Source: an uncultured Clostridia bacterium
GTDB taxonomy: Bacteria > Bacillota > Clostridia > Christensenellales > HGM11417
Length of the DNA: 38,683 nucleotides
Direction: 5' to 3'
Assembly (NCBI GenBank): GCA_964587785.1
Contig: CAZPMG010000001.1
Span: 60,567 to 99,249 of the forward strand
This document shows, piece by piece, positions 16,560 through 25,386 of this stretch. Numbering within the stretch: position 1 is the stretch's first letter; the number at the start of each line of letters is the position of its first letter. Under the pieces are notes generated by a model. It was not told where the DNA came from, did not search any database, and saw nothing but the letters and a program-made list of their open reading frames with translations. The translations under genes and the position numbers were made by a program.

Positions 16560-17213
16560 TCAGTTGGCTCTAAAAGGCATACCGAGAGCCTTCAAAAGCC
16601 CGCGCGCCTCTTCGTCCGTGCGCGCCGTGGTCACAAAGCATATATCAAGACCCCGGATCTTCTCAATCTGATCATAGGAAATCTCCGGGAAAATCAGCTG
16701 CTCTTTAAGCCCCATGGAATAGTTGCCCCTGCCGTCAAACGAATTGGCAGATATGCCGCGGAAGTCGCGCACGCGGGGCAGCACAACGGAGACGAGTTTG
16801 TCCACAAACTCGTACATTCTGTCGCCGCGCAGCGTCACCTTGAGACCTACCTTCATGCCTTCGCGCAGCTTGAAGTTTGCAACGGACTTCCTTGCCGCCA
16901 TGCTCAGCGGTTTTTGACCGGCTATTTGACGCAATTCCTCGGCAACCAACTGCAAGCTCTTGGAGTTGTCCTTTATGTCGCCCACACCCATGTTGAGCAC
17001 GACCTTTTCCAGACGGGGAACCTGATTGACGTTTTTGTATTCAAACTGCTTTGCCAGCGCGGGTACTATCTCACTTTGGTAGCGCTTTTTCAGGCGCACC
17101 TCGTGCGGCGCGGAATCGGCAGGCTTTTTGGCCGACTTTTCGGCCTTGCCCTTTGCGGCACTGTCGGTTGCGGCCTTGCCTGCAACCTGAGCATTTTTCT
17201 TTTTTTCAGCCAC
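16560..17213 (-). CDS. rplE: 50S ribosomal protein L5 with a ~38-aa Lys/Ala-rich N-terminal extension
   Basis: The conserved L5 core starts at [14 protein letters not shown]. The GTG start at 17213 is preceded by GAAGAGG with a 9-nt spacer. An internal GTG at 17099 would give a canonical-length protein but has no usable RBS spacing. Confidence 0.9.
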   Translation of the reverse strand: MAEKKKNAQVAGKAATDSAAKGKAEKSAKKPADSAPHEVRLKKRYQSEIVPALAKQFEYKNVNQVPRLEKVVLNMGVGDIKDNSKSLQLVAEELRQIAGQKPLSMAARKSVANFKLREGMKVGLKVTLRGDRMYEFVDKLVSVVLPRVRDFRGISANSFDGRGNYSMGLKEQLIFPEISYDQIEKIRGLDICFVTTARTDEEARGLLKALGMPFRAN

Positions 17214-17231
17214 TTCTTATTACCTCTTCGC

Positions 17232-17783
17232 TTACTTGTCGCCGCTTTCCGCAGCTGTCTTTTCCTTGGCGGCGCGCGGCTTCTTCTCCGCTGCCTTCTC
17301 CGCCTTTTCTTCCTTGGACTTTGTTTCCTTGGCTGCCTTGGCCTTGGCTGGAGCTTTCTCCTCCTTGGCCTTTGCCTCCTTCACGGGGGCGTCGGTATCC
17401 TTGGCTTTTGTGTCCTTCTTGGCCTTTTTAACTTCTTTTACGGCGGCCTTTTCCAGCGATTCGCCGCACTTGCAGCAGACGCGGATGCTCCTGCCGTCCT
17501 TGCCTAAAACGTGCTTAACGCGCACGCCCTCGCCGCTCTTTTCGCACTTTGAGTTTTGGCAGACGGGCTGGACGTTGGAAACGTCAATGGGGCCGGCAAC
17601 TGAAGTAATGCCGCCGGCAGCCTTTGCGCTGCGCGGTTTCTTGTGGCGCTTTTGAACGTTAACGCCCTCTACCGTCACCTTTTTGGACTTGGGGGAGGTG
17701 GATATAACCTTTGCCTTTTTACCCTTGTCCGAACCGGCAATGACGACCACCAGGTCGCCCTTTTTTATATTTAAAGAACTCAT
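17232..17783 (-). CDS. rplX: 50S ribosomal protein L24 with a ~73-aa Lys/Ala/Glu-rich C-terminal tail
   Basis: KOW motif IKKGDLVVVIAGSDKGKKAKV and an L24 core to about residue 110, including the Cys pattern C-x4-C...CC-x-C. Residues 111..183 are low complexity (KAKEEKAPAKAKAAKETK...). Confidence 0.92.
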   Translation of the reverse strand: MSSLNIKKGDLVVVIAGSDKGKKAKVISTSPKSKKVTVEGVNVQKRHKKPRSAKAAGGITSVAGPIDVSNVQPVCQNSKCEKSGEGVRVKHVLGKDGRSIRVCCKCGESLEKAAVKEVKKAKKDTKAKDTDAPVKEAKAKEEKAPAKAKAAKETKSKEEKAEKAAEKKPRAAKEKTAAESGDK

Positions 17784-17798
17784 GTCAATTGCCTCCTG

Positions 17799-18167
17799 TT
17801 ACAGCACTTCAGGCGCCAAGGACACAATCTTCATGTAGTCCTTTTCGCGCAGCTCTCTGGCCACCGGCCCGAATATGCGCGTGCCGCGGGGCTGCTTTTG
17901 AGCGTCGATAACTACGGCAGCGTTGTCGTCAAACTTGATGTGCGAGCCGTCCTTGCGCTGAAGGCCCTTTGCCGAGCGGACGATAACCGCTTTGACAATC
18001 TCGCCCTTTTTAACCGTACCGCCGGGAACCGCCGTCTTGACACTGGCAACTATTACGTCGCCTATATTGCCAAACCTGCGGAAGGAGCCGCCGAGTACGC
18101 GTATACACATGATTTCCTTGGCGCCGGAATTGTCGGCGACCTTTAACCTTGACTGTGGTTGTATCAT
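17799..18167 (-). CDS. rplN: 50S ribosomal protein L14
   Basis: [28 protein letters not shown] is a canonical L14 N-terminus. Confidence 0.98.
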   Translation of the reverse strand: MIQPQSRLKVADNSGAKEIMCIRVLGGSFRRFGNIGDVIVASVKTAVPGGTVKKGEIVKAVIVRSAKGLQRKDGSHIKFDDNAAVVIDAQKQPRGTRIFGPVARELREKDYMKIVSLAPEVL

Positions 18168-18182
18168 AACGCCTCCTCTTCC

Positions 18183-18449
18183 TTACTTAGCCTTTTCAAG
18201 TATCTCCACCACGCGGAAATACTTATCTTTGGAAAGCTTGCGGGTCTCAACGATGAGCACCTTGTCGCCCACGCCGCACTCGTTCAGCTCGTCGTGCGCC
18301 TTGTATTTTTTGCTGCGGGTAACCGTCTTTTTATACAGCGGATGCTTGCTCTTGGTTTCCACAAGCACAGTGACAGTCTTGTCCATCTTGTCGGAAACAA
18401 CAAGACCGGTGCGCTCCTTGCGTAAGTTTCTTGTATTGCTGTCTGACAT
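18183..18449 (-). CDS. rpsQ: 30S ribosomal protein S17
   Basis: [20 protein letters not shown]...HPLYKK is the S17 OB-fold signature. Confidence 0.97.
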   Translation of the reverse strand: MSDSNTRNLRKERTGLVVSDKMDKTVTVLVETKSKHPLYKKTVTRSKKYKAHDELNECGVGDKVLIVETRKLSKDKYFRVVEILEKAK

Positions 18450-18462
18450 ATGCTAATCCTCC

Positions 18463-18696
18463 TTACGCCTTGCCCGGCTTGGCGGGCGCTGATGCCTTGC
18501 GGCTTATGCCCAGCTCGCGTCCGCGCGTTACGGTGAGCACGCGCGCTATGTCTTTTTTGAGCGCCGCAAGCTGCATGGGGTTTTCCAGCTGACCGGTAGC
18601 GTGCCTGAACCTAAGGTTGAACAGCTCGGTCTTTAATTCTTTAAGCTTGACCCGAAGTTCTTCGTTGGTCAGCTCGTGAAACGTACTTTGTTTCAT
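18463..18696 (-). CDS. rpmC: 50S ribosomal protein L29 (slightly extended C-terminus)
   Basis: [24 protein letters not shown] motif. The ATGA overlaps the rplP stop. Confidence 0.95.
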   Translation of the reverse strand: MKQSTFHELTNEELRVKLKELKTELFNLRFRHATGQLENPMQLAALKKDIARVLTVTRGRELGISRKASAPAKPGKA

Positions 18697-19133
18697 TCTG
18701 TTTCACCGTCCTCAGCATTATTTAAGCTTGCCTTTGTGGCGAATTTGGTCTTGATGGGAAGCTTGTAGCTTGCAAGGCGCAGAGCCTCGCGTGCAACCTC
18801 CTCAGGTATACCTGCCATCTCGAACATTACCCTGCCCGGCTTGACCACCGCAACCCAAAACTCCGGTGAGCCCTTTCCGCTTCCCATGCGGGTCTCGGCG
18901 GGCTTTTTGGTGACAGGTTTATGCGGGAATATGCTTATCCACACCTTGCCGCCGCGCTTTGTGTAACGCGTCATGGCAATACGTGCGGCCTCTATCTGAT
19001 TGGAGGTAATCCAGCCCGGCTGCTGTGCAACAAGCGCGAACTCGCCGTATGCAATCTTATTGCCGCGGGTTGCCTTGCCCGTCATGCGCCCCCTGTGCTG
19101 GCGGCGCCGCTTTACTCTCTTTGGCATTAACAT
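18693..19133 (-). CDS. rplP: 50S ribosomal protein L16
   Basis: I set the start at ATG 19133 ([15 protein letters not shown]...), which overlaps the rpsC stop as TAATG. The ORF-track start at 19202 lies inside rpsC. Confidence 0.95.
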   Translation of the reverse strand: MLMPKRVKRRRQHRGRMTGKATRGNKIAYGEFALVAQQPGWITSNQIEAARIAMTRYTKRGGKVWISIFPHKPVTKKPAETRMGSGKGSPEFWVAVVKPGRVMFEMAGIPEEVAREALRLASYKLPIKTKFATKASLNNAEDGETE

Positions 19134-19801
19134 TACGCTTCTCCTCCTTCCTTGGCAAATCCTTTGACCTTGCCCAGGATTTCGCCGTTGTAAATCCAGC
19201 ACTTAACGCCTATGACGCCGAAGGTAGTATGCGCCTCGGCAAAGCCGTAGTCAATGTCCGCACGCAGAGTTTGAAGGGGTATTGAACCCTCGTGATAATG
19301 CTCGGTCCGCGCAATCTCCGCGCCGTTCAGACGGCCGGAAACCATGATCTTGATGCCCTTTGCGCCCGAGCGCATTGCACGCCCTAAGCTTTGCTTCATG
19401 GCGCGGCGGAAGGAAACACGCTTTTCCAGCTGTGCGGCAACCGATTCTGCCACAAGCTGAGCGTCAGCGTCGGGACGGCGGATTTCGCGTATATTGATGG
19501 CGACACTCCAACCGGGCGCAAGCTTTGCGACTTCCTTCTTTATCTGCTCAACGCCTGCGCCGCTCTTGCCGATAAGCACGCCGGGGCGGGCGGTGAATAT
19601 GTTGACAATTATCTTGTCTGCTACGCGCTCAATGGTGATACGCGACAGCGACGAGCTGTAATAAGTCTTTTTAAGGTAGGTGCGGATAACGTGGTCCTGC
19701 TTGAGGAATTTGGAAAAATCTCTCTTGGACGCATACCACTGCGTGTCCCAGCCCTTAATTATTCCCACTCTCAAACCGTGCGGATTAACTTTCTGACCCA
19801 T
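19133..19801 (-). CDS. rpsC: 30S ribosomal protein S3
   Basis: [24 protein letters not shown] is a canonical S3 N-terminus, followed by a KH domain. Confidence 0.98.
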   Translation of the reverse strand: MGQKVNPHGLRVGIIKGWDTQWYASKRDFSKFLKQDHVIRTYLKKTYYSSSLSRITIERVADKIIVNIFTARPGVLIGKSGAGVEQIKKEVAKLAPGWSVAINIREIRRPDADAQLVAESVAAQLEKRVSFRRAMKQSLGRAMRSGAKGIKIMVSGRLNGAEIARTEHYHEGSIPLQTLRADIDYGFAEAHTTFGVIGVKCWIYNGEILGKVKGFAKEGGEA

Positions 19802-19817
19802 AGAACTTTCTTTCCTC

Positions 19818-20207
19818 CTACTTTATGCCGGCGTCGAGCACCGCGGTGATGTGGCAGGTACGCTTGAGTATGCGGAATGCCCTGCCCTGCGCCCTGGGCC
19901 TTACACGCTTGAGCGTGGGTCCCTGGTCTGCGAATATCTCGGCCACATAAAGGTCTTCCTTGCTGAGGCTGAGGTTGTGCTCGGCGTTGGCCGCAGCGGA
20001 ATTGATCAGCTTTAGCACCACCGGAGCGGCGAACCTCGGTGTGTTCTTGAGGATTGCCACCGCCTCGGGATAGCTCTTGCCGCGGACAAGGTCAATGACC
20101 TCGCGCACCTTGTAAGGCGACATGCGGATGTAACGCGCTATCGCGTGGGGACGGTTGTCCTTTGTCTCCTCGCGCCTCTTTGATTTTTCTCTAATCCTGG
20201 TTGCCAT
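19818..20207 (-). CDS. rplV: 50S ribosomal protein L22
   Basis: [22 protein letters not shown]...[12 protein letters not shown] are L22 hallmarks. Confidence 0.96.
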   Translation of the reverse strand: MATRIREKSKRREETKDNRPHAIARYIRMSPYKVREVIDLVRGKSYPEAVAILKNTPRFAAPVVLKLINSAAANAEHNLSLSKEDLYVAEIFADQGPTLKRVRPRAQGRAFRILKRTCHITAVLDAGIK

Positions 20208-20223
20208 GTTTTAATAACCCCTC

Positions 20224-20508
20224 CTACTTCCTTTTCGGGGCGGAGGACTTTTCGCCGGCGTGGCCGCGGTAAGTCCTTGTGGGCGCAAATTCGCCCAGCT
20301 TGCAGCCCACCATGTCTTCTGTAACATATACGGGAACGTGCTTGCGCCCGTCATGTACGGCTATGGTGTGCCCCACCATGTCGGGGAAAATAGTGGACGC
20401 GCGTGACCATGTCTTGAGCACCTTCTTTTCGTTGCTCTCGTTGAGCTTGCGCACCCGCTCTATCAGCCGCTCTTCTACGTACGGCCCCTTCTTTACACTT
20501 CTGCTCAT
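20224..20508 (-). CDS. rpsS: 30S ribosomal protein S19
   Basis: [11 protein letters not shown] ... [37 protein letters not shown]. Confidence 0.98.
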   Translation of the reverse strand: MSRSVKKGPYVEERLIERVRKLNESNEKKVLKTWSRASTIFPDMVGHTIAVHDGRKHVPVYVTEDMVGCKLGEFAPTRTYRGHAGEKSSAPKRK

Positions 20509-20521
20509 TTCGCGCCTCCGC

Positions 20522-21349
20522 TTAATTTATGCGTTTGATGATGAATTTGCCCGATGCCTTCTTCTTCTTCCTGGTCTTGTAACCGAGAGCAGGCTTGCCC
20601 CACGGTGTAACCGGGCCGGAACGGCCTATGGGCGATTTGCCTTCGCCGCCGCCGTGCGGGTGGTCAACCGGGTTCATCACCGAACCGCGCACTGTGGGCC
20701 TGATTCCCCTGTGCCGCGTCTTGCCCGCCTTGCCGACGGATGTTATCTCGTGCTCGATGTTGCCTACCTGACCGATGGTCGCACGGCAAAGCACGGGGAT
20801 ATAACGCGTTTCGCCCGAGGGCATACGCACGATTGCGTTCTTGCCTTCCTTGGCCATCAGCTGGGCGGATATGCCCGCTGCGCGCGCAATCTGGCCGCCG
20901 CGGCCTACGCTGAGCTCGATGTTGTGGATTGTTGTGCCCACGGGGATGTTCTGTATGGGCAGGCAGTTGCCGGCCTTTATGTCTGCATCCGGGCCGCTGA
21001 GCACCCTATCGCCCACGCTGAGCCCCACCGGAGCAAGTATATAGCGCTTTTCGCCGTCGGCATAGTGCAGAAGCGCTATGTTTGCCGAACGGTTAGGATC
21101 GTATTCCACGGAGTGAACCTTTGCGGGAATGCCGTCCTTATCGCGCTTGAAATCTATCAGCCTGTACTTGACGCGGTTTCCGCCGCCGATGTGGCGCACG
21201 GTTATCTTGCCGGTGAAGTTGCGGCCGCCGCTCTTTTTGATGGGAGCAAGCAGCGATTTTTCCGGCTGCGTCTTGGTTATCTCAGCAAAGTCAGGTACCG
21301 ACATGTGCCTTGTGGCAGGCGAGGTCGGCCTGTATCTCTTCAGTGCCAT
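20522..21349 (-). CDS. rplB: 50S ribosomal protein L2
   Basis: [18 protein letters not shown] motif, 275 aa. Confidence 0.98.
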   Translation of the reverse strand: MALKRYRPTSPATRHMSVPDFAEITKTQPEKSLLAPIKKSGGRNFTGKITVRHIGGGNRVKYRLIDFKRDKDGIPAKVHSVEYDPNRSANIALLHYADGEKRYILAPVGLSVGDRVLSGPDADIKAGNCLPIQNIPVGTTIHNIELSVGRGGQIARAAGISAQLMAKEGKNAIVRMPSGETRYIPVLCRATIGQVGNIEHEITSVGKAGKTRHRGIRPTVRGSVMNPVDHPHGGGEGKSPIGRSGPVTPWGKPALGYKTRKKKKASGKFIIKRIN

Positions 21350-21363
21350 TTTACTTTACCTCC

Positions 21364-21654
21364 TTAGGACAGGCTCTCAAAGAACGCTATGGGTTTGCTT
21401 TCTGCGGTGAGCTTTACAACTGCCTTCTTGTAGCCGGTTGTCAGCCCCGCGTTTTTGCCCATGCGCTTGAGCTTGCCCCGCACATTGGCGGTGTTGACCT
21501 TTTCCACCTTTACTTCAAAAATCTCTTCAACGGCCTGCTTGATCTGCGTCTTGTTGGCCGAGGGGTTTACCACAAAGGTGTAAATCTTGCTGCCTATGCC
21601 GTCATAGCTCTTTTCCGAGAGCAGCGGCTTTACTATTATGTCGTAAGCGGTCAT
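21364..21654 (-). CDS. rplW: 50S ribosomal protein L23
   Basis: DIIVKPLLSEKS...YTFVV...ANKTQIKQAVEEIFEVKV. Confidence 0.96.
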   Translation of the reverse strand: MTAYDIIVKPLLSEKSYDGIGSKIYTFVVNPSANKTQIKQAVEEIFEVKVEKVNTANVRGKLKRMGKNAGLTTGYKKAVVKLTAESKPIAFFESLS

Positions 21655-22280
21655 CGCTTTGCAACCTCCTCGATACTTTCAAGAGCGGCCTTTGTAACCA
21701 GCAGCTTTTGGTTTCTTACCACCTCGTAGACACTGAGAAGCTCTGCGCTCGATAGGGTAACCGTGGGGATGTTGCGCGCGGCGCGGATGACGTTTTCGTC
21801 ATACTCGGTGACAAGCAGCGTGCTGCGGTCAAGCCCCAGCGCCTTGAGTGCGCCCGCAACCTCGCGGGTCTTTGCGTTTGCCGCCTCCAAGGCATCCACA
21901 ACGATAAACTCGCCGTTTTGAACCTTGTATGAAAGCGCGGAATAGAGCGCGGCACGCCTTGCCTTTATGTTCATTTTTTTGGAAAAATCACGGGGCTTGG
22001 GAGCAAACGCCACGCCGCCCTTTATCCACTGAGGGGAACGGATGGAACCGTGACGGGCACGGCCTGTGCCCTTTTGCCTCCAGGGCTTTCTGCCGCCGCC
22101 GCGAACCTCTGAACGGGTAAGCGTGCTCTTTGTGCCCTGGCGCGCGTTTGCAAGCTGCGCAACCACCGCCTGGTGAATGAGCGCCTCATTGTATTCGCAG
22201 CCGAATACGGATTCGGACAGCTCAACCGTCCCAACCTCGCTGCCTTTGGAATTGTATAACTTTACGCTTGGCATATTCAT
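21651..22280 (-). CDS. rplD: 50S ribosomal protein L4
   Basis: RQGT.STLTRSEVRGGGRKPWRQKGTGRARHGS motif. Its end overlaps the rplW start as ATGA. Confidence 0.97.
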   Translation of the reverse strand: MNMPSVKLYNSKGSEVGTVELSESVFGCEYNEALIHQAVVAQLANARQGTKSTLTRSEVRGGGRKPWRQKGTGRARHGSIRSPQWIKGGVAFAPKPRDFSKKMNIKARRAALYSALSYKVQNGEFIVVDALEAANAKTREVAGALKALGLDRSTLLVTEYDENVIRAARNIPTVTLSSAELLSVYEVVRNQKLLVTKAALESIEEVAKR

Positions 22281-22291
22281 TCACTCCTTAA

Positions 22292-22933
22292 TCACTTCTT
22301 GGGCGCTTTGACCGCGTTCCTCACAGTCACGTAGCCGCCCTTGGGGCCGGGAACCGCGCCCTTTACAAGCAGTACGCCGCGTGCGGCGTCAACCTTGACG
22401 ACTTCGAGATTGAGTATGGTCACTCTCTCATTGCCGTACTGGCCTGCAAGGGGCTTGCCCTTGAACACGCGGCTTGGTGAGGAGTTTGCGCCCATGGAGC
22501 CCGCCGAACGGTGAACCGGACCGGTGCCGTGGCTGCGCCTCATAATCGCTTGGTTCCAACGCTGGATGACGCCGGTAAAACCGCGTCCACGCGTGTTTCC
22601 GCTGACGTCCACAAGGTCGCCCTCGACAAACTTTTCAACCGTAACCACGTCGCCGGGCTTGTAGCTCTCAGCGTCGCTCAGGCGGAATTCCCTAAGTATC
22701 TTGAGCGGCTTTACTCCGGCCTTTTTAAGGTGACCGGCCTCGGGCCTTGTTATCTTGCCTTCTTTAACTTCACCGTAACCCAGCTGAACAGAGCTGTATC
22801 CCTCTGACTCAACCGTCTTGACCTGCACTACCGGGCAGGGGCCTGCCTGGATTACTGTCACCGGCACAGAGAGGCCTTCCGATGTGAAGAACTGTGACAT
22901 TCCCAGTTTTTTTCCAATGATTGCTTTATTCAT
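22292..22933 (-). CDS. rplC: 50S ribosomal protein L3
   Basis: GKKLGMSQFF...VTVIQAGPC and GRGFTGVIQRWN motifs. Confidence 0.97.
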   Translation of the reverse strand: MNKAIIGKKLGMSQFFTSEGLSVPVTVIQAGPCPVVQVKTVESEGYSSVQLGYGEVKEGKITRPEAGHLKKAGVKPLKILREFRLSDAESYKPGDVVTVEKFVEGDLVDVSGNTRGRGFTGVIQRWNQAIMRRSHGTGPVHRSAGSMGANSSPSRVFKGKPLAGQYGNERVTILNLEVVKVDAARGVLLVKGAVPGPKGGYVTVRNAVKAPKK

Positions 22934-22970
22934 AGATAAAGTTCATCCTCCGAAATTTTGCAAAAGCCCG

Positions 22971-23276
22971 TCAGAGCTTAATCTTTATATCCACGCCCGC
23001 GGGCAGGTCCAGCTTCATGAGACTGTCAACCGTCTTTGCCGTGGGGGAATAAATGTCTATAAGCCGCTTGAAGGTTTTGATCTCAAACTGCTCGCGCGAA
23101 TCCTTGTACTTGTGCGGCGAACGCAGTATGGTGACCACCTCGCGCTCTGTGGGCAGGGGCACCGGACCGGATACCTTTGTGCCCGTCTTCTTGACCACGT
23201 CGATGATGCGCTCAGCGGACTGATCCACCAGACTGTGGTCGTAAGCTCTCAGTTTAATCCTGATTTTTTGGCTCAT
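22971..23276 (-). CDS. rpsJ: 30S ribosomal protein S10
   Basis: [37 protein letters not shown] is canonical S10, with RBS AAGGAG upstream. Confidence 0.98.
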   Translation of the reverse strand: MSQKIRIKLRAYDHSLVDQSAERIIDVVKKTGTKVSGPVPLPTEREVVTILRSPHKYKDSREQFEIKTFKRLIDIYSPTAKTVDSLMKLDLPAGVDIKIKL

Positions 23277-23400
23277 TTGTTGCCACTCCTTTTTTGATTC
23301 GCCGGCTCTTTATATGCCTTCTGCGCAGGGCTTATGCGGCATTGCTTGCCGCCTGCCGGAAGTTTTCCACTGACCCGGGTGTGCCTCTTGCAAAAGACTT

Positions 23401-23466
23401 ATAAAAAAGTGAGCGCATACCTACCCGCTCCCGGCGCCTTGCCGGCACGGGGCATATATGCTCACC
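23401..23466 (-). terminator. Candidate attenuator or terminator inside the rpsJ leader
   Basis: On the minus-strand RNA, GUGAGCAUAUAU pairs imperfectly with GUAUGCGCUCAC and encloses the CCGGC-AAGGC-GCCGG hairpin. ACUUUUUUAU follows. The element lies about 125 nt upstream of the rpsJ ATG. Confidence 0.35.
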
Positions 23467-23687
23467 TTGTACCTCACCGCTTAAATCACGGCTTGGTATC
23501 CGCTGCTCCGGCACCGTTTGGCGCCGTCCGGCCGCGCCCGTCTTGCGGGCACATTTGTCGGCGGAAATTCTCCCCGAAATCAGACGGAGTAACTTCCCGC
23601 TTCAACCCAAAAAACGCAAGGCAACCTGTTCGGCCTGTAAAGCTTTTCACAGCCGATTCATTTTGCCCGCATTAGTGCAGCCTGTCT

Positions 23688-23716
23688 ATTATATAAAATC
23701 TGTGGGTGGCTGTCAA
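23688..23716 (-). promoter_or_regulatory. Perfect consensus promoter TTGACA-17-TATAAT for the r-protein supercluster
   Basis: The minus strand reads TTGACA (23716..23711), GCCACCCACAGATTTTA (17 nt), then TATAAT (23693..23688). An A/T-rich, UP-element-like tract lies immediately upstream. Confidence 0.7.
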
Positions 23717-23962
23717 GCGATTTTTGCGTGTTTTAAAGCTTTTTTTACATAAAACGCTCAAAAAAGTCAATGTTGAGCGGCATATGCATAAGCTAAGCGC
23801 AATAAGCATTGTTTGCAATGTGTAAGTGTGAGTGTTTGGTTGATTTAGCCGTATTGCCGCTGCATAAAGATTTGCGGCAGCAAATACTTCTACAGACATA
23901 AAGCCGGATTTTCAATCATGTGGCTTGATGTGCTTTCACTTTGGTTAAAGCTTGCGCGGATA

Positions 23963-24382
23963 TCAGCGCTCTACCTCTATAAAGCCGTCCGCTTCGTCAA
24001 GCTTTATCCATTTTATATACAGGCCTGCGCCTATGTTATCCATCTTTAAGTCGGATGCCGTCTTTTCGTCGTCGGTTTCTATCAGCACAAAGCCGTTCTT
24101 TTCCTCTTTGACAAAAAAGGAATAGCCTTTTATCTTGACCACCGTGCGCACGCGCCTGCGCGCGCTGAGGCTGCTGTTTTGCACCACGCGCGCATATACT
24201 CCCGGTCTGCCGGCAAGCTCGCGGAAGCCCTCAGGCGGCTGCCCCGTGCCCTGCCAGATAAGGCGGGTGCGCCTTCTGTCCACCGGCCTTGCGAGGTATT
24301 CCGCCCCTTCAAATGTTACGTATGTTCCGTTTTTTAATTTTTGCATTCTATATTTGTTAATCTCCTGCATTCCGCGGCGCAC
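23963..24382 (-). CDS. Hypothetical protein (up to 139 aa, start uncertain)
   Basis: The ORF follows plsY on the same strand with a 29-nt gap. I recognise no motif. Candidate starts are GTG 24382, ATG 24370 and ATG 24346, and none has a convincing RBS. Confidence 0.5.
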   Translation of the reverse strand: MRRGMQEINKYRMQKLKNGTYVTFEGAEYLARPVDRRRTRLIWQGTGQPPEGFRELAGRPGVYARVVQNSSLSARRRVRTVVKIKGYSFFVKEEKNGFVLIETDDEKTASDLKMDNIGAGLYIKWIKLDEADGFIEVER

Positions 24383-24411
24383 CGCCCAAGGATGCGGCGG
24401 AAAAACTTTTT

Positions 24412-25386
24412 TTAATACTTGCCGGACGGCGGATTTTCTTCGCCTGCGGACAGCGGACGCTCGCCGTCAGACTGCGTACGCGCATCTTGATTTGAGGAAT
24501 CTGACTCTGCCCCGCTATTTGTTTTCATATGCGCACTATCCTCTAAAGGCGGCTGGCCCTCTTGATTTACCTGTGTTTGACGCGTATCCGCATCAGCGTA
24601 CGGCCGCTGGGACTGCTCCTGCGCGGCTATGCGCTTTTTGCGCTTTTTACCTGTCAGCTTTCTAAGCATCTTTCTGAGCGGCGTGCGGTTTTCCATGCCC
24701 AGTATAAGCCGCTTTATGTTTGAGCGGTGCGCATAGTAGCACAAAAAGCAGAGCGTGAATATCAACGCGAACAGCAGCATGAGCTCGGGGTAAAAGTTGC
24801 CGTAATATTCTATATAGTAGAGCGTAAGCTCGCCCACGCTCATTATGGTAACAAGTATCATTGAGCCTATGGAGCCGAACTCAAAGCGGTATATGTATAG
24901 CAGTATGAGCAAAAATACCGCAACCGTAATCAAAGGCTGAACGAACATAAATATGCCTATGGTGCTGGCAATGCCCTTGCCGCCCTTGAACTTTAGAAAC
25001 ACGGGAAATATGTGTCCCACCACCGTGGACAGCCCGGCGATATACTGCGTCAGTACCGCCCAGTGAAAGCCGGTCTCCGATATTACGCCGCGGAAAAGAT
25101 AGTAACCGGCAGCCGTGGGCAGCAGTCCCTTGAGCACGTCAAGCACCAGCGTAAGCAGCCCCAGTTTCAATCCGAAATTGCGCAGCATATTCATTGTGCC
25201 GGGGTTGCCGCTGCCGTGTGTGCGTATGTCGCTTTTTTTGAGCTTTGATATAATCAGCGCAAAATTGATATTGCCCACAAGGTATGAGCCTGCCACCAAC
25301 AGCGCCAGCTGCCACCATATGTCAAGCGCGGTAACGCCCGCACTTGGAGTTGTTATTGCCGTCAAAATCTGCATCAGCGCACCCAT
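24412..25386 (-). CDS. plsY: Glycerol-3-phosphate acyltransferase PlsY with a ~88-aa hydrophilic C-terminal tail
   Basis: GSGNPGTMN motif and the conserved end HRSNIKRLILGMEN, then a polar, charged tail. The start overlaps the der stop (TGATG). Confidence 0.9.
   Translation of the reverse strand: MGALMQILTAITTPSAGVTALDIWWQLALLVAGSYLVGNINFALIISKLKKSDIRTHGSGNPGTMNMLRNFGLKLGLLTLVLDVLKGLLPTAAGYYLFRGVISETGFHWAVLTQYIAGLSTVVGHIFPVFLKFKGGKGIASTIGIFMFVQPLITVAVFLLILLYIYRFEFGSIGSMILVTIMSVGELTLYYIEYYGNFYPELMLLFALIFTLCFLCYYAHRSNIKRLILGMENRTPLRKMLRKLTGKKRKKRIAAQEQSQRPYADADTRQTQVNQEGQPPLEDSAHMKTNSGAESDSSNQDARTQSDGERPLSAGEENPPSGKY

Noticed and set aside
16485-17507. 340-aa plus-strand ORF, the longest unexplained ORF in the track.
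   Set aside because: It lies entirely antisense to rpsN/rplE/rplX. Its open frame is a by-product of the GC-rich, repetitive K/A/E-coding tails on the other strand. The product is Leu/Cys/Phe-rich nonsense with no RBS.
20279-21367. 362-aa plus-strand ORF.
   Set aside because: It is antisense to rpsS and rplB, whose identities are unambiguous. This is a typical shadow ORF in GC-rich coding DNA.
23332-23514. 60-aa minus-strand ORF and 113-aa plus-strand ORF inside the rpsJ leader.
   Set aside because: They have no RBS, and their Arg/Pro/Gly-rich composition is typical of random frames in GC-rich DNA. The region is better explained as structured untranslated RNA.
23277-23680. Possibility that the rpsJ leader is a known RNA: SRP RNA (GGUGCCGGAGCAGCGG resembles the domain IV region), a T-box, RNase P or 6S.
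   Set aside because: The SRP GGAA tetraloop and symmetric-loop context is missing. There is no T-box AGAGA/GGUGG-NACCGCG arrangement and no RNase P GAGGAAAGUCC motif. The resemblance is superficial. Only a covariance-model scan can settle it.
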